A DNA stretch of 64,000 nucleotides, taken from positions 640,001 through 704,000 of the forward strand of contig CAXRHT010000003.1 of NCBI GenBank assembly GCA_964230645.1, read 5' to 3'. Of the stretch, positions 1 to 9,546 are shown piece after piece. The position numbers were made by a program, and so were the translations under genes. The notes under the pieces are model-generated. The model saw only the letters and a program-made list of their open reading frames with translations. It was not told the DNA's origin and did not search any database. The first letter of the stretch is position 1. Each line of letters starts with the position of its first letter. This stretch comes from Bdellovibrionales bacterium. Its GTDB lineage: Bacteria > Bdellovibrionota > Bdellovibrionia > Bdellovibrionales > JAGQZY01.

Positions 1-1
1 C

Positions 2-184
2 CGGAAAGTGGCTGAGAAAATCAATCAGTTTGTAAATAAACTAGGAATCTTAGGCTTTGCCTGCGTTTTGTCAGGCTTGAAGCCAGGGACTGTCGGAGCA
101 TTGGTAACCCTTGAAATACCTCTGGAAGTAAAAAATATTACGAGGAATGTGGACGAGGCTCTAGCAATTCTAGGGTGTGGATAG
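2..184 (+). CDS. 3' end of STAS-domain RsbS/RsbR-like stressosome protein (partial, begins before the window)
   Basis: Hand translation of frame 2 gives RKVAEKINQFVNKLGILGFACVLSGLKPGTVGALVTLEIPLEVKNITRNVDEALAILGCG*. The LSGLKPxxxxxLVTL...xVDEAL pattern is typical of a STAS C-terminus, and the ORF overlaps the rsbT-like gene. Confidence 0.75.
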   Translation, partial: RKVAEKINQFVNKLGILGFACVLSGLKPGTVGALVTLEIPLEVKNITRNVDEALAILGCG

Positions 185-651
185 GTAAGGTAGTTATTAA
201 CGATACGATTGAGCCAACAAGAAAATTTCTAGAACGATCAGTCCTTATTAATAAAGTTTCGGTGAAACAGGAAGTCGATATTGCTAATGCAGTGAAGGAG
301 ACCTTTGTAATTACAGGCAAAATGGGCTTTCGGCGTTCTATACAGTTTTTAGTAGCGACTTCTGTCTCTGAATTAGCTCGAAACATTTTTCAGTATGGGA
401 ATGGGGGGATAATTTTTTTTGGAGAATCCAAACCTGAGGCCCCCCAAAAAGGAATTCATATCGAAGCCTGTGATCAGGGGCCTGGTATTGAGGATATCGC
501 TTTGGCTATGCAAGATCATTATAGTACCGGTGGCACTCTAGGCCTAGGCTTACCGGGAGTAAAAAGAATGATGGATGAGTTTTCGATTGCCACCCAAATG
601 GGAGAGGGAACTTGTGTGACTTGTGCAAAATGGGAGAATTCCCGTGAATAA
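175..651 (+). CDS. rsbT: RsbT-like anti-sigma regulatory factor / Ser-Thr kinase (GHKL)
   Basis: Motifs ATSVSELARNIFQYG, DQGPGIEDI, STGGTLGLGLPGVKRMMDEF and GEGTCVT. Confidence 0.9.
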   Translation: MWIGKVVINDTIEPTRKFLERSVLINKVSVKQEVDIANAVKETFVITGKMGFRRSIQFLVATSVSELARNIFQYGNGGIIFFGESKPEAPQKGIHIEACDQGPGIEDIALAMQDHYSTGGTLGLGLPGVKRMMDEFSIATQMGEGTCVTCAKWENSRE

Positions 652-1228
652 ATTGGAGTGCCATTGGGTGGGCCGTCCCCATCCTCACTGTTACGACAGT
701 GGGGATATTGGTTTTTGCAAAAAAGAGGGAAACCTTTTGTTGGGATTTATTCTCGATGTTACCGGGCATGGAGAAAAAGCTTTTCAGCTCGCTCAACAGA
801 CCAAATCTTTCGTAGAAAAAAATTTGAACACGGACTTGGAGGAGTCTGTTGAGAGTCTGCACGCGAACTTAAAAAAGACAGTGGGCGGTGTCGGAGCATT
901 GTTAAAAATAGAGGATTCGGGCCAGGGGGAGCTGGTCGCTATAGGTAATGTGACAGCTCGTATCATTGGGAGTAAGAGAGATAAACATCTTGTGAGTATG
1001 GGTGGTCTACTTGGACAAATACTTCCTAATATTTATCCAGAAAAATTTGAGCTTAATATCGGGGAATATTTGCTTCTTCATACTGATGGACTTGTCGGAC
1101 ATACAAAAAAAGATGAATTTCTGGATGTTATCGGTCAATCTGCACAAATTGCTGCTGAAACATTTTTAGGACGTTTTTCCAAAAATACAGATGATGCCTT
1201 TTGTATGGTCATTCGGAGGACGGATTGA
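623..1228 (+). CDS. RsbX-like PP2C/SpoIIE-family phosphatase
   Basis: Motifs SGD, DVTGHG, GNV, LLHTDG and TDDA. Follows rsbT. True start may be the GTG near 644. Confidence 0.8.
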   Translation: MQNGRIPVNKLECHWVGRPHPHCYDSGDIGFCKKEGNLLLGFILDVTGHGEKAFQLAQQTKSFVEKNLNTDLEESVESLHANLKKTVGGVGALLKIEDSGQGELVAIGNVTARIIGSKRDKHLVSMGGLLGQILPNIYPEKFELNIGEYLLLHTDGLVGHTKKDEFLDVIGQSAQIAAETFLGRFSKNTDDAFCMVIRRTD

Positions 1229-2892
1229 ACTGGCTAGGAAAGGTGGAGATAAAAAGCTCTGACTCTGTTCAAGTATTCAAGAACAAGTTTATGCGAATTG
1301 GGCAGGATCTGGGCATGAGCACTTACAAATCTTCCCATTTGGTGGCGATCCTCACTGACCTTCTGGAAGAGAGATCACAAGGTTTTGTCACCCACTCAAT
1401 CAGTTTAGGAATCAATTCGTCTGAATCTTCATTACTATTAGCTTTTTCTACCGACTCACCGACTGATTTGTATTCTAGAGTAAAAAAGCTCGGTAAAGTC
1501 TACGATTGGTCTGTTGACTATAGTTTCGAAAAACAAAGAAAAAAGGTTTTTTTAGAAATTAGGGGACTAATACAAGTTGAGGAAATTTCAGCGAGTATCT
1601 TTGAAAAAATAAGATCGATCCTCGCAGAATTAACTACTGAGGAAAGTTTAGCAAAAGATCTCGAAAATTCTTTTTTACAACTTAAAGAAAAATCAAAACA
1701 ACTCAATGATGCTAAAAAAGCGGCAGAGATCGCCAGTCGTACGAAAAGTTTATTCTTGGCGAATATGAGTCATGAAATTAGAACTCCTTTAGGAGCCATT
1801 CTGGGCTTTTCCAATTTGCTTAAAGAGAAAAAACTCAATGAAGAGCAGCGTCAGAACTATATTCATATAATTAATCGAAACGCCAGTCAGTTGAAGGTCA
1901 TTATTGATGATATTCTTGACCTGTCTAAAATTGAATCTGGAAAAATGCTTGTTGAGCAGTCTGAATTTTCACTTTCCAACCTACTAATTGATATTAAAGA
2001 AACTATGGGGATGAAGTCTTCTGCGGGCGGTATAGAGTTTTACGTAGTTTCTGATGGTCTAATACCCGAATTTATAATTTCCGACTCAACACGGATTCGC
2101 CAAATTCTTATAAATCTTGTCGGCAATGCAATGAAGTTCACCGAGAGTGGTCATGTGATGGTTAAAGCTCGATATTTTCAAAACTTCAATCGAGTAGGTG
2201 TGTTGGAATTTGATGTGGAAGATACCGGTATAGGTATGAACCAAGACGCTCAAGAAAAATTGTTCGAACCTTTTACCCAGGCGGACAGCTCCACCACTCG
2301 GCGTTTCGGAGGCACAGGTTTAGGGCTAACCTTATCTCTAAAACTGGCGCAAGCCCTTGGAGGTGAGGTTAAATTATTAGAATCCAAGCCCCATGAGGGG
2401 ACGAGCTTTCGTGTTTCTTTAGCTTGTCAGGTGGAAAGCACATCTGAATTCTTATCGTTGGGACGAGACTCCGAATTAAAAACAAGAATGGATTTTGAGC
2501 CCTCTAGAGAAAATAGATTGAAGTCCGCCAAAATTTTAATTGTGGATGATTCCATAGAAAACCTAACTTTAGCGAAAGTTTACCTTAGAAGAAATGGCGC
2601 CACTCCCAGTACAGTTACTAGTGGTCTTCAGGCTCTTGATTTCTTGAGTAAAGACAAGGTGGATCTTGTATTGATGGATATTCAAATGCCTGGCCTCGAT
2701 GGCTATGAAACCACGAGGCGATTGAGGGAGGCAGGTTTAACCACCCCCATAATCGCTCTAACTGCGAATGCATTTAAAGAAGAAAAAGATAAAGCCTTGC
2801 AGGCAGGATGTGATGCCTATATTACCAAACCTTTCCAAGAGGCTTTGTTGGTTGATACAATTGTAAAATTAACATCAGCCAAAAGTATTTGA
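1201..2892 (+). CDS. Hybrid sensor histidine kinase/response regulator (cytoplasmic)
   Basis: H-box FLANMSHEIRTPL, N-box ILINLVGNAMKFT, DTGIGM, GGTGLGL and C-terminal receiver DLVLMDIQMP. No obvious TM helix. Confidence 0.93.
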   Translation: MYGHSEDGLNWLGKVEIKSSDSVQVFKNKFMRIGQDLGMSTYKSSHLVAILTDLLEERSQGFVTHSISLGINSSESSLLLAFSTDSPTDLYSRVKKLGKVYDWSVDYSFEKQRKKVFLEIRGLIQVEEISASIFEKIRSILAELTTEESLAKDLENSFLQLKEKSKQLNDAKKAAEIASRTKSLFLANMSHEIRTPLGAILGFSNLLKEKKLNEEQRQNYIHIINRNASQLKVIIDDILDLSKIESGKMLVEQSEFSLSNLLIDIKETMGMKSSAGGIEFYVVSDGLIPEFIISDSTRIRQILINLVGNAMKFTESGHVMVKARYFQNFNRVGVLEFDVEDTGIGMNQDAQEKLFEPFTQADSSTTRRFGGTGLGLTLSLKLAQALGGEVKLLESKPHEGTSFRVSLACQVESTSEFLSLGRDSELKTRMDFEPSRENRLKSAKILIVDDSIENLTLAKVYLRRNGATPSTVTSGLQALDFLSKDKVDLVLMDIQMPGLDGYETTRRLREAGLTTPIIALTANAFKEEKDKALQAGCDAYITKPFQEALLVDTIVKLTSAKSI

Positions 2893-2963
2893 ATCCTTGC
2901 CGTTATTTCAGCTCTTTTTAAATTACTCTAAGCGAGATCAAGTTTTAGTTTGAGTTGAAGCGG

Positions 2964-3464
2964 TTAACTATTTTTTTCATACATACCCACAATTGTACTG
3001 GTAATATCTATTCCCTTTTTTGCCCAAAGAACATTGTCGGCCATTTTATTGAGCACAACATCAAAGCCTTCCTTATCTGCTAGTATTTTAATCTGTTTTT
3101 GTAATTTAGCAATTATAGGAGCTGTGACCTCTCTTTGTTTTTTCTGAATGTTGAATTGAAACTCCTGACCTTTTTGTTGCAGCTCCATGGACAGTTTTTG
3201 AATTTCTTTTTGCTGTTCAGACCGCTTAGCTTCTGACAACAGTAGGGCTTTTTTTTCAAAACTGTTGATCTTTTCTTTGAGCCCAAATTCCTTTTTTTTG
3301 AGAGTTTCTTCCATGAACTTGTATTCTTTCATTAATTCTTCTTTCGCTTTTTGCCCCTCTTTAGTGGCGTGAATGGCTTTTTGCATATCGATAACAGCAA
3401 TGTTGAAATCAGAGGCAAGAACAGGGGGAGTCATTAAAACTAAGCAGCAAAATATAAGTCTCAT
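2964..3464 (-). CDS. skp: OmpH/Skp periplasmic chaperone
   Basis: Signal peptide, IAVIDMQKAI, long coiled coil, C-terminal GFDVVLN...DITSTIV. Confidence 0.88.
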   Translation of the reverse strand: MRLIFCCLVLMTPPVLASDFNIAVIDMQKAIHATKEGQKAKEELMKEYKFMEETLKKKEFGLKEKINSFEKKALLLSEAKRSEQQKEIQKLSMELQQKGQEFQFNIQKKQREVTAPIIAKLQKQIKILADKEGFDVVLNKMADNVLWAKKGIDITSTIVGMYEKNS

Positions 3465-3788
3465 AAGAGTCTCCTTTTCGTTTACTTTGCATTTTTTTAA
3501 AGGAGGCGGCCACTCTCATAAGACTGGTTTGTGATATTGATTGACTCGTTTGATGTTCGCAAAAAAGGTTAAAAATTCTCTCAAAGAGGCTAAAAGGTGC
3601 CACAGTATTCAATTCTCTTATAGGTCAAATAGGCTGGACTTTTGTCTAAATGCGTAAACAGCTAAGATTCTGTCATGCAAGCAAAAATCGTTCATTTATA
3701 AGGTGTTCTAATTTGACCTTATAACGATTGATCATTAGGTTGCAGCCATAGCAACGGACTGTTCGCTAACATTTAGGGGGAGAATTCA

Positions 3789-5189
3789 ATGAAGAATCGT
3801 TCATTCTTATTATTAATCGCTACAATTTTACTAATGCCATCCACAAGTTGGTCACAGGTTTCTGAAAATTGTGTCCTACGCCAAGATCTGTTGGAGATTT
3901 CTGAGGAGTTTGATCAGTTCGAGTCACCGTCCTCCGATCAAGGTGTTTACTGTGAAGAGGACTTAGGTAAAGAAGGGCTGGCTATAGCCAAGGCTCTGAC
4001 TGTTTTAAAAAACATAACACCGAATGAGCCCGCCATTGTTAATGATGATGCCTTTACTTATAAAGCCATCGCCGAGAAAAACTGGTGGGACTACTTTACT
4101 AAGAGGGCCGAAAAGTTTGCAGTGATTCCAAACTGCCCAGAAGGTGTCGCCGCTTTCGTTCGACCTTTCTTTGGTAATGGAACTATAAACCTTTGCGGTC
4201 TTTTCTTTGAGATGAATGTCTCAAGCCAAGCGTCCGTAATGATGCATGAGGTTCGTCACTTTGATGGTCACGCTCACGTCACTTGTGCGCAAGGTATGGA
4301 AGAGGGCAACCAAGGAGCCTGTGATAACAACATCCGCGATAAAGGTTCTTACGCTATTAGTGTGCAAACATTAGTGGGCATGGCTCGCGCTGAAAATGTG
4401 AATGTTGGAGACAAATCACTTCTCGAAGCTGAAGCCATCTATATGGCCTTTAATAAGTTCAACACGGTCCCAAGACTTCGTTTGAACAAATCCATCATTC
4501 TTTCCAACCAAGCCGGAGAGGTTTTTCAGTGGCAGCTAAAGGATGACAAAATGGATCAACTGGGCCAACTAGTTGAACCTTCTATGGTCCTTCGTAGTGG
4601 GGGAACGCTCACAGTTTTCCCACTGGATCCACAAAGTGATGCCTATAGACAAGACGTGGCCTTAGAAACCGATGTTGAAAACCCTGGATTGTATGCCAAG
4701 CACTACAACAGCGAGGCACCTCTAGAGCGAGCCAGATATAGAAGTATCTCTTACTTTGGAGCGGGAGGACTGCTTAAAGACAACACTCTCATCAACCTTT
4801 GTGACACCAAGGATTTAACTCTCGGAAACACGGACTTAAATCCCTATGGAAATGTGCAAGCACTGATGAGTCTTTCCAAAGACGCTGCCGACCAGTTCCG
4901 CGACTCCTATATTCTTAACGACGAGGGCGAGCTCTATCGCTACGAGTGTGTTGAGAATGATAGCCAAGAGGTGGCCATCGAGCCTTCGCCTTTTCGTCTC
5001 ATAAACGGTGCGGACAAAGTGGTGCGTTCGTTTGGACTTGAAGGGGTGCAGTATTTCCTACTCGATACAGGAGCTTTATCGGCCGCTCAGTTTCAAGGAA
5101 ACAATATTGTTCTACAAGACATTGAGATGCCTGTGGCCAATCAAGGCTGGGTGAGTGCTACGCCTTTTAGTCTGCCGGAGGTTTTCTAA
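3789..5189 (+). CDS. Secreted protein with HEXXH zinc-metallopeptidase motif (M35/lysine-endopeptidase-like) and beta-rich C-terminal region
   Basis: Signal peptide; INLCGLFF...QASVMMHEVRHFDGH; several Cys; RBS GGGGAG. Confidence 0.65.
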   Translation: MKNRSFLLLIATILLMPSTSWSQVSENCVLRQDLLEISEEFDQFESPSSDQGVYCEEDLGKEGLAIAKALTVLKNITPNEPAIVNDDAFTYKAIAEKNWWDYFTKRAEKFAVIPNCPEGVAAFVRPFFGNGTINLCGLFFEMNVSSQASVMMHEVRHFDGHAHVTCAQGMEEGNQGACDNNIRDKGSYAISVQTLVGMARAENVNVGDKSLLEAEAIYMAFNKFNTVPRLRLNKSIILSNQAGEVFQWQLKDDKMDQLGQLVEPSMVLRSGGTLTVFPLDPQSDAYRQDVALETDVENPGLYAKHYNSEAPLERARYRSISYFGAGGLLKDNTLINLCDTKDLTLGNTDLNPYGNVQALMSLSKDAADQFRDSYILNDEGELYRYECVENDSQEVAIEPSPFRLINGADKVVRSFGLEGVQYFLLDTGALSAAQFQGNNIVLQDIEMPVANQGWVSATPFSLPEVF

Positions 5190-5789
5190 TTGAATAGGAT
5201 GAAATTTCTCATCCTTATCCCAATTATCGTAACCATTGGGGTTCTCGCTGTGATAAACTCAGAGGACCCCAAGCCTCAACCCTCTGATCAAAATGAAAAT
5301 GTGACTTCTTCTTCTAGAATGAAGAGGAGGCAAAAGCCTCAAGAAGTTAAAGAGGTTTCTAAAAAATCCAATCCCAAACAAGGCAAGCATAGTCCAAAAA
5401 ATGTCGCTCTCAAGGCTAATGGAAGCCCGAGAGAGACCATTGAAGAAGAGCTAAAAAGAGTTCGAGTGTTGGCCACACAACTGCCCGAGTCACGGGTTCA
5501 ACTTCTTGAAATCATTACTAGCGAAGACCCTCTCAAGCAAAAAGAAATCAAACCTCATTCTATGGATGAAATCCAACAGAATAAAAGAGGGGCTGTGAAA
5601 GTCCTAGCGCTTAAAGCCTTAATGCAACTTAAGGATAAAAAGATGCTTCAAGAAAACCTAGGTCAGATTATTGCCACAGCCAAAGATCCCACCATTCGGA
5701 AGATTGCGAAGGCGGCCAAAGATTCAATGGATCAGGGGCGCTCTTTGTTTGAGGATTTCCCTGAGGCGGTTCAATCAGAATCTCTTTGA
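5190..5789 (+). CDS. Hypothetical membrane-anchored protein
   Basis: N-terminal hydrophobic helix, Lys/Ser/Pro-rich linker and helical C-terminal domain. Abuts the upstream stop. Likely ATG at 5199. Confidence 0.7.
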   Translation: MNRMKFLILIPIIVTIGVLAVINSEDPKPQPSDQNENVTSSSRMKRRQKPQEVKEVSKKSNPKQGKHSPKNVALKANGSPRETIEEELKRVRVLATQLPESRVQLLEIITSEDPLKQKEIKPHSMDEIQQNKRGAVKVLALKALMQLKDKKMLQENLGQIIATAKDPTIRKIAKAAKDSMDQGRSLFEDFPEAVQSESL

Positions 5790-5853
5790 TTACGAACTGA
5801 ATTCTATTCCATTGCGGCGTGAATCTTAAAGCGTCCGTTGCTTAAATGTTCTT

Positions 5854-7230
5854 ATGCAAGAGAAAGAACTGCTTGAAAAACAAAAAAAATTCGTACGTTC
5901 TGGTCAAAGCCTCAGTAAAGACCACCGACTGGCACAACTCAAAAAACTTCGAGATTTAATCGACAGTCATCAAGAAGACATCACTACCGCCTTACATAAA
6001 GATTTAAAAAAACCGAAATTGGAATCTTTCGTGACTGAGATTTCAAGCACATTGAAAGAAATTGATCATTCTATTAAGCACTTGAGCTCATGGATGGAGG
6101 AGAGGAAATGGTTCTCGCCGCCCTTTTTACTCCCAGCCCGCTCAAAAATTCAAAAAGAACCCTTTGGCTCTACACTAGTGATTGCCCCTTGGAATTATCC
6201 TTTTCACCTCGCTCTAGCGCCTGCCGTCGCATCTTTGTCTGCTGGTAATTCCGTTGTGATTAAGCCGTCTGAAATTACGTCTCATACTGAAAAGTTGATC
6301 GCAAAAATAGTGAATCAAAATTTTGATGAGGAAATTTTAAAAGTGGTCACCGGAGGGGTGGATGTTTCAGAAAGATTAACCTCTCTTCCTTTTGACTTCA
6401 TTTTTTTCACGGGTAGCACAGCTGTGGGTAAAATAATTATGAAAGCCGCCAGCGAAAATCTGGTTCCTGTTTGTTTAGAACTTGGTGGTAAAAGCCCCTG
6501 TGTCGTCGACTCGGAGGTGGATATTGAGGTCGCTGCACGGCGAATCGTGTGGGGCAAGTTCACAAATGCAGGTCAGACTTGTGTGGCCCCTGACTTTTTG
6601 TATGTCCATAGAGGAGTAAAAGAAAAGTTACTAAAACAAATAAAAGACGAATTAAAAAACTTCTATGGCGAAAACCCGAAAGACTCAGATGATTTCGGAC
6701 GTATTGTGAGTCTAAAACATTTTGATCGCTTGCTTCCTTTTTTGAATGAAGGTGAGATGGTTGTAGGAGGGGAGTCGGATCAAGATCAACTTTACATAGC
6801 ACCCACCTTGATTGAAAATCTGAGTTGGGAAAGTGCGGTGATGAAAGAAGAAATTTTTGGTCCCATTCTTCCGATCTTTGAGTTTGAAGAGCATGAAGAG
6901 CTTGTGGGTTTGTTGCAAGAGAAACAAAAGCCTTTGGCTTTTTATTTGTTTACTAAAAATCCTAAAGTAAAAAAGCGATACATGAATCAGTTCTCCTTTG
7001 GGGGAGGCTGTATCAATGACACCTTAGTTCACCTCTCCGATCCTGATCTTCCGTTCGGAGGTGTCGGAGCCAGTGGCATGGGAGCCTATCATGGTGAGGC
7101 TGGCTTTACTCTCTTCTCCCATAAAAAATCCGTCGTCGATAAATCATTTAAGTTGGACCTTTCTTTTCGTTATCCACCATATACAGACAAAAAACTTTCG
7201 TTACTTAAAAAAGTGCTGAGTTTTCTTTAG
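5854..7230 (+). CDS. Aldehyde dehydrogenase (class 3 / ALDH3-like)
   Basis: Motifs PWNYP, FTGS, LELGGKSP, NAGQTCVAPD, EEIFGP, PFGGVGASGMG. Confidence 0.95.
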   Translation: MQEKELLEKQKKFVRSGQSLSKDHRLAQLKKLRDLIDSHQEDITTALHKDLKKPKLESFVTEISSTLKEIDHSIKHLSSWMEERKWFSPPFLLPARSKIQKEPFGSTLVIAPWNYPFHLALAPAVASLSAGNSVVIKPSEITSHTEKLIAKIVNQNFDEEILKVVTGGVDVSERLTSLPFDFIFFTGSTAVGKIIMKAASENLVPVCLELGGKSPCVVDSEVDIEVAARRIVWGKFTNAGQTCVAPDFLYVHRGVKEKLLKQIKDELKNFYGENPKDSDDFGRIVSLKHFDRLLPFLNEGEMVVGGESDQDQLYIAPTLIENLSWESAVMKEEIFGPILPIFEFEEHEELVGLLQEKQKPLAFYLFTKNPKVKKRYMNQFSFGGGCINDTLVHLSDPDLPFGGVGASGMGAYHGEAGFTLFSHKKSVVDKSFKLDLSFRYPPYTDKKLSLLKKVLSFL

Positions 7231-7814
7231 GGCTTAGTCAGATACTCTAAAAAAAGATCACAAGGCTAGGGTCGATAAACACTGAGATAAATGCAAGCAA
7301 GCAAGCTCCGATTCCAATCGTCATTAAGCTCATATTCCAAACAAAGTTTTGGATAAGTAGAAATAAAACACCGATTGTTAAAAGTGTGATGTGCATTGGG
7401 AATAACATTTTGTCTCCTTTGTGAATGGTTATGTCCTCTTGTTAGATTCATATATACGCATGCATATATACTATGTCAAATGATATATATACAAGTATAT
7501 AAAAGCGGTTGAATCGATAAATTACTCGAAACTTCAGTAACTTAGGGACTTTTCTCCAGTTTTGGAGCTGGAAAATTAGATATTTTTTCACCGTTTTCTT
7601 ACAAGAGGCGTTAGTCACCTGCTTTCACAGCGAGGGGGTGACGAACTCAAAGTCGTTTGAAGGCCCCTAGAATTCAGAGGACCTTCGTTTTCCATCTACT
7701 GGTTACTAACAAATATTTGAGAAGCTCTTTCAATTTTTGACCAAAAGGGGTGGCTCTCCGTACAAGAGCCCTAAGCAAAACAAACAACCAACATCACCTT
7801 TAGGAGGGTACAAA

Positions 7815-8318
7815 ATGAAAGCACTTGTTTTTGTTTTATCAATGTTAGTAGCCGGTTCAGCTGTTGCTGGAACAAATTTCGAAGCCATGTCTTGGGATAC
7901 AATCCTTCGCAGCGCTAAGTACGAGCCAGACTACGCTACAAAAATTCACTTCCAAAACGGATCCGTTTGGAGAAACATCTGGTCTGACAATCTTTGCACA
8001 GACGGAACTTTCATCTACGGTGGACTTTTTGAGAAGAAATACTGCGTAAGCGGAGACAACGATGATTGTAACCGTTATGAGACAAAAGTTGTTGATCTTA
8101 TTCAACCGATCTACAGCACACGTCAACGTTGCGCTGACTACCAAGATGACGATTGCGTAAAATACGTAACCGTAAACTACGTACAACGTCCTACTCAAAA
8201 CGTAAAAATCTACGGTAGCCAGTATAGCCCTGGTGACGACGACAACCACCGTCCACTTGGTGTTAAGTCTTACACAATCCCTTCTTGTGGTGGAGCTCCA
8301 AAAGTTCCTGCTAACTAA
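7815..8318 (+). CDS. Small secreted Cys/Asp-rich protein
   Basis: Strong RBS TAGGAGG before ATG 7815; signal MKALVFVLSMLVAGSAVA; six Cys; followed by a terminator. Confidence 0.85.
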   Translation: MKALVFVLSMLVAGSAVAGTNFEAMSWDTILRSAKYEPDYATKIHFQNGSVWRNIWSDNLCTDGTFIYGGLFEKKYCVSGDNDDCNRYETKVVDLIQPIYSTRQRCADYQDDDCVKYVTVNYVQRPTQNVKIYGSQYSPGDDDNHRPLGVKSYTIPSCGGAPKVPAN

Positions 8319-8337
8319 GATAGGATTTTTAAACTTT

Positions 8338-8402
8338 AAAGAGTGTTCTGTATGAACACTCTTTACAAAAGCGCCACCTCTCAAAGAGGTGGCATTTTTT
8401 TT
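8338..8402 (+). terminator. Tandem hairpins; the second is a rho-independent terminator
   Basis: AAAGAGTGTTC-tgtat-GAACACTCTTT (8338-8364), then GCCACCTCT-caa-AGAGGTGGC (8373-8393) followed by a T-run. Confidence 0.85.
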
Positions 8403-8420
8403 AAAAAAAAGGGGAAAAAG

Positions 8421-9374
8421 ATGAGAGCTTTAATTTTATTCAGTTTTTTTACACTTTTCGCACCTGCTGTTTTTGCTAATATTCCTGGACTCGAGGCGAC
8501 TTACTCAAGAATGCTAGGAAGAACACAGGCGACCATTGTTCAAAAAGGCCTTGTTCCCCAAACTCGTCCAGAGACCTGTCATCGCCAGGTTTTAAAAATA
8601 AGAGAGGATGGTCAAATAAACATCTTCGTTGCTTTCGGCTATATGGATGTCTCTGGTGGTCAAGACTTTGAAGATTCTGGAATGTCCCTTTACGGCAATG
8701 GTGATGTCTTAGATTCCGACGCGAAAAAAGCACTCGTTGGCCGTCTGAAGTCTCGTTGCCCGTCTGGCCAGGATTCAATGGCCTGTGGTTTCAAAGGCAA
8801 TGGAAGTAGCTTGCGCAAAACCATTCGTGATCGCTGGTCAAATTCTCGGATTCGAGTCAATATCGTGTTGGCTTCACCCTCAGTCACATCATCGGATGCG
8901 GCAAACAAGGGTCAGTACGCTTCCCGTCAGCAGAGCTCTTCCGCTCAGGTGAAAAATCAATTCCTCGGTGCTCTTCAGTCCTACGATGCTGTCATTTATA
9001 TGGGGCATGCAAGAAGTGGAGGCGGGCCTGATTTTCTACCCCCCGTGCTTTATAGCAGTGGGGCCGTGAATTACAGTCATTACCGCAGTCAGCAAGATGG
9101 AATTCGTTCGATGTTAGGAGCTTTGAGCTCTAGCTCAGCGCCAGTGATTGGAGTGCTCGCTTGTAAAAGTACAGGGCTTTTTGCCTCTCGTATTCGGCGT
9201 CGAGCACCCAACTCATTGTTGGTAACAGCCGATGAACTCTTTGACTACAACGATATTCTTCCCACTGGGTATGCCATGATTGAAGGGCTTGTCTCTCAGA
9301 GCTGCACCGATGAGTTTGAAAGAATCACTAAGGTACAACCGGCCAGCCGTCGTTTTCTCACCGTCTTTTACTAA
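8421..9374 (+). CDS. Secreted protein, putative clan CD (caspase/gingipain-fold) cysteine peptidase-like
   Basis: Signal MRALILFSFFTLFAPAVFA; AVIYMGHA followed about 50 aa later by IGVLACKS. Confidence 0.6.
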   Translation: MRALILFSFFTLFAPAVFANIPGLEATYSRMLGRTQATIVQKGLVPQTRPETCHRQVLKIREDGQINIFVAFGYMDVSGGQDFEDSGMSLYGNGDVLDSDAKKALVGRLKSRCPSGQDSMACGFKGNGSSLRKTIRDRWSNSRIRVNIVLASPSVTSSDAANKGQYASRQQSSSAQVKNQFLGALQSYDAVIYMGHARSGGGPDFLPPVLYSSGAVNYSHYRSQQDGIRSMLGALSSSSAPVIGVLACKSTGLFASRIRRRAPNSLLVTADELFDYNDILPTGYAMIEGLVSQSCTDEFERITKVQPASRRFLTVFY

Positions 9375-9546
9375 AACACTCATTCTATTTTTAAGGGCCT
9401 TTTAACATTGAGTCCCTTTTCAGTGTTCGTCATGTAAAAGTTTTCGTTCGCTATTGACGACGAATTGTAATGTTTTCGAGGGTGAAGATTTCACACTCAT
9501 CTCCCATTATATTGAGTTTAAGCAAAACAGACAGGAACAACAGTTA

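Noticed and set aside
7857..8384. 175-aa antisense ORF, and the many similar shadow ORFs inside purT, gcvP, gdhA, pfkA and the RCC1 gene
   Set aside because: They lie opposite or within well-supported genes and have no motifs; expected from codon bias
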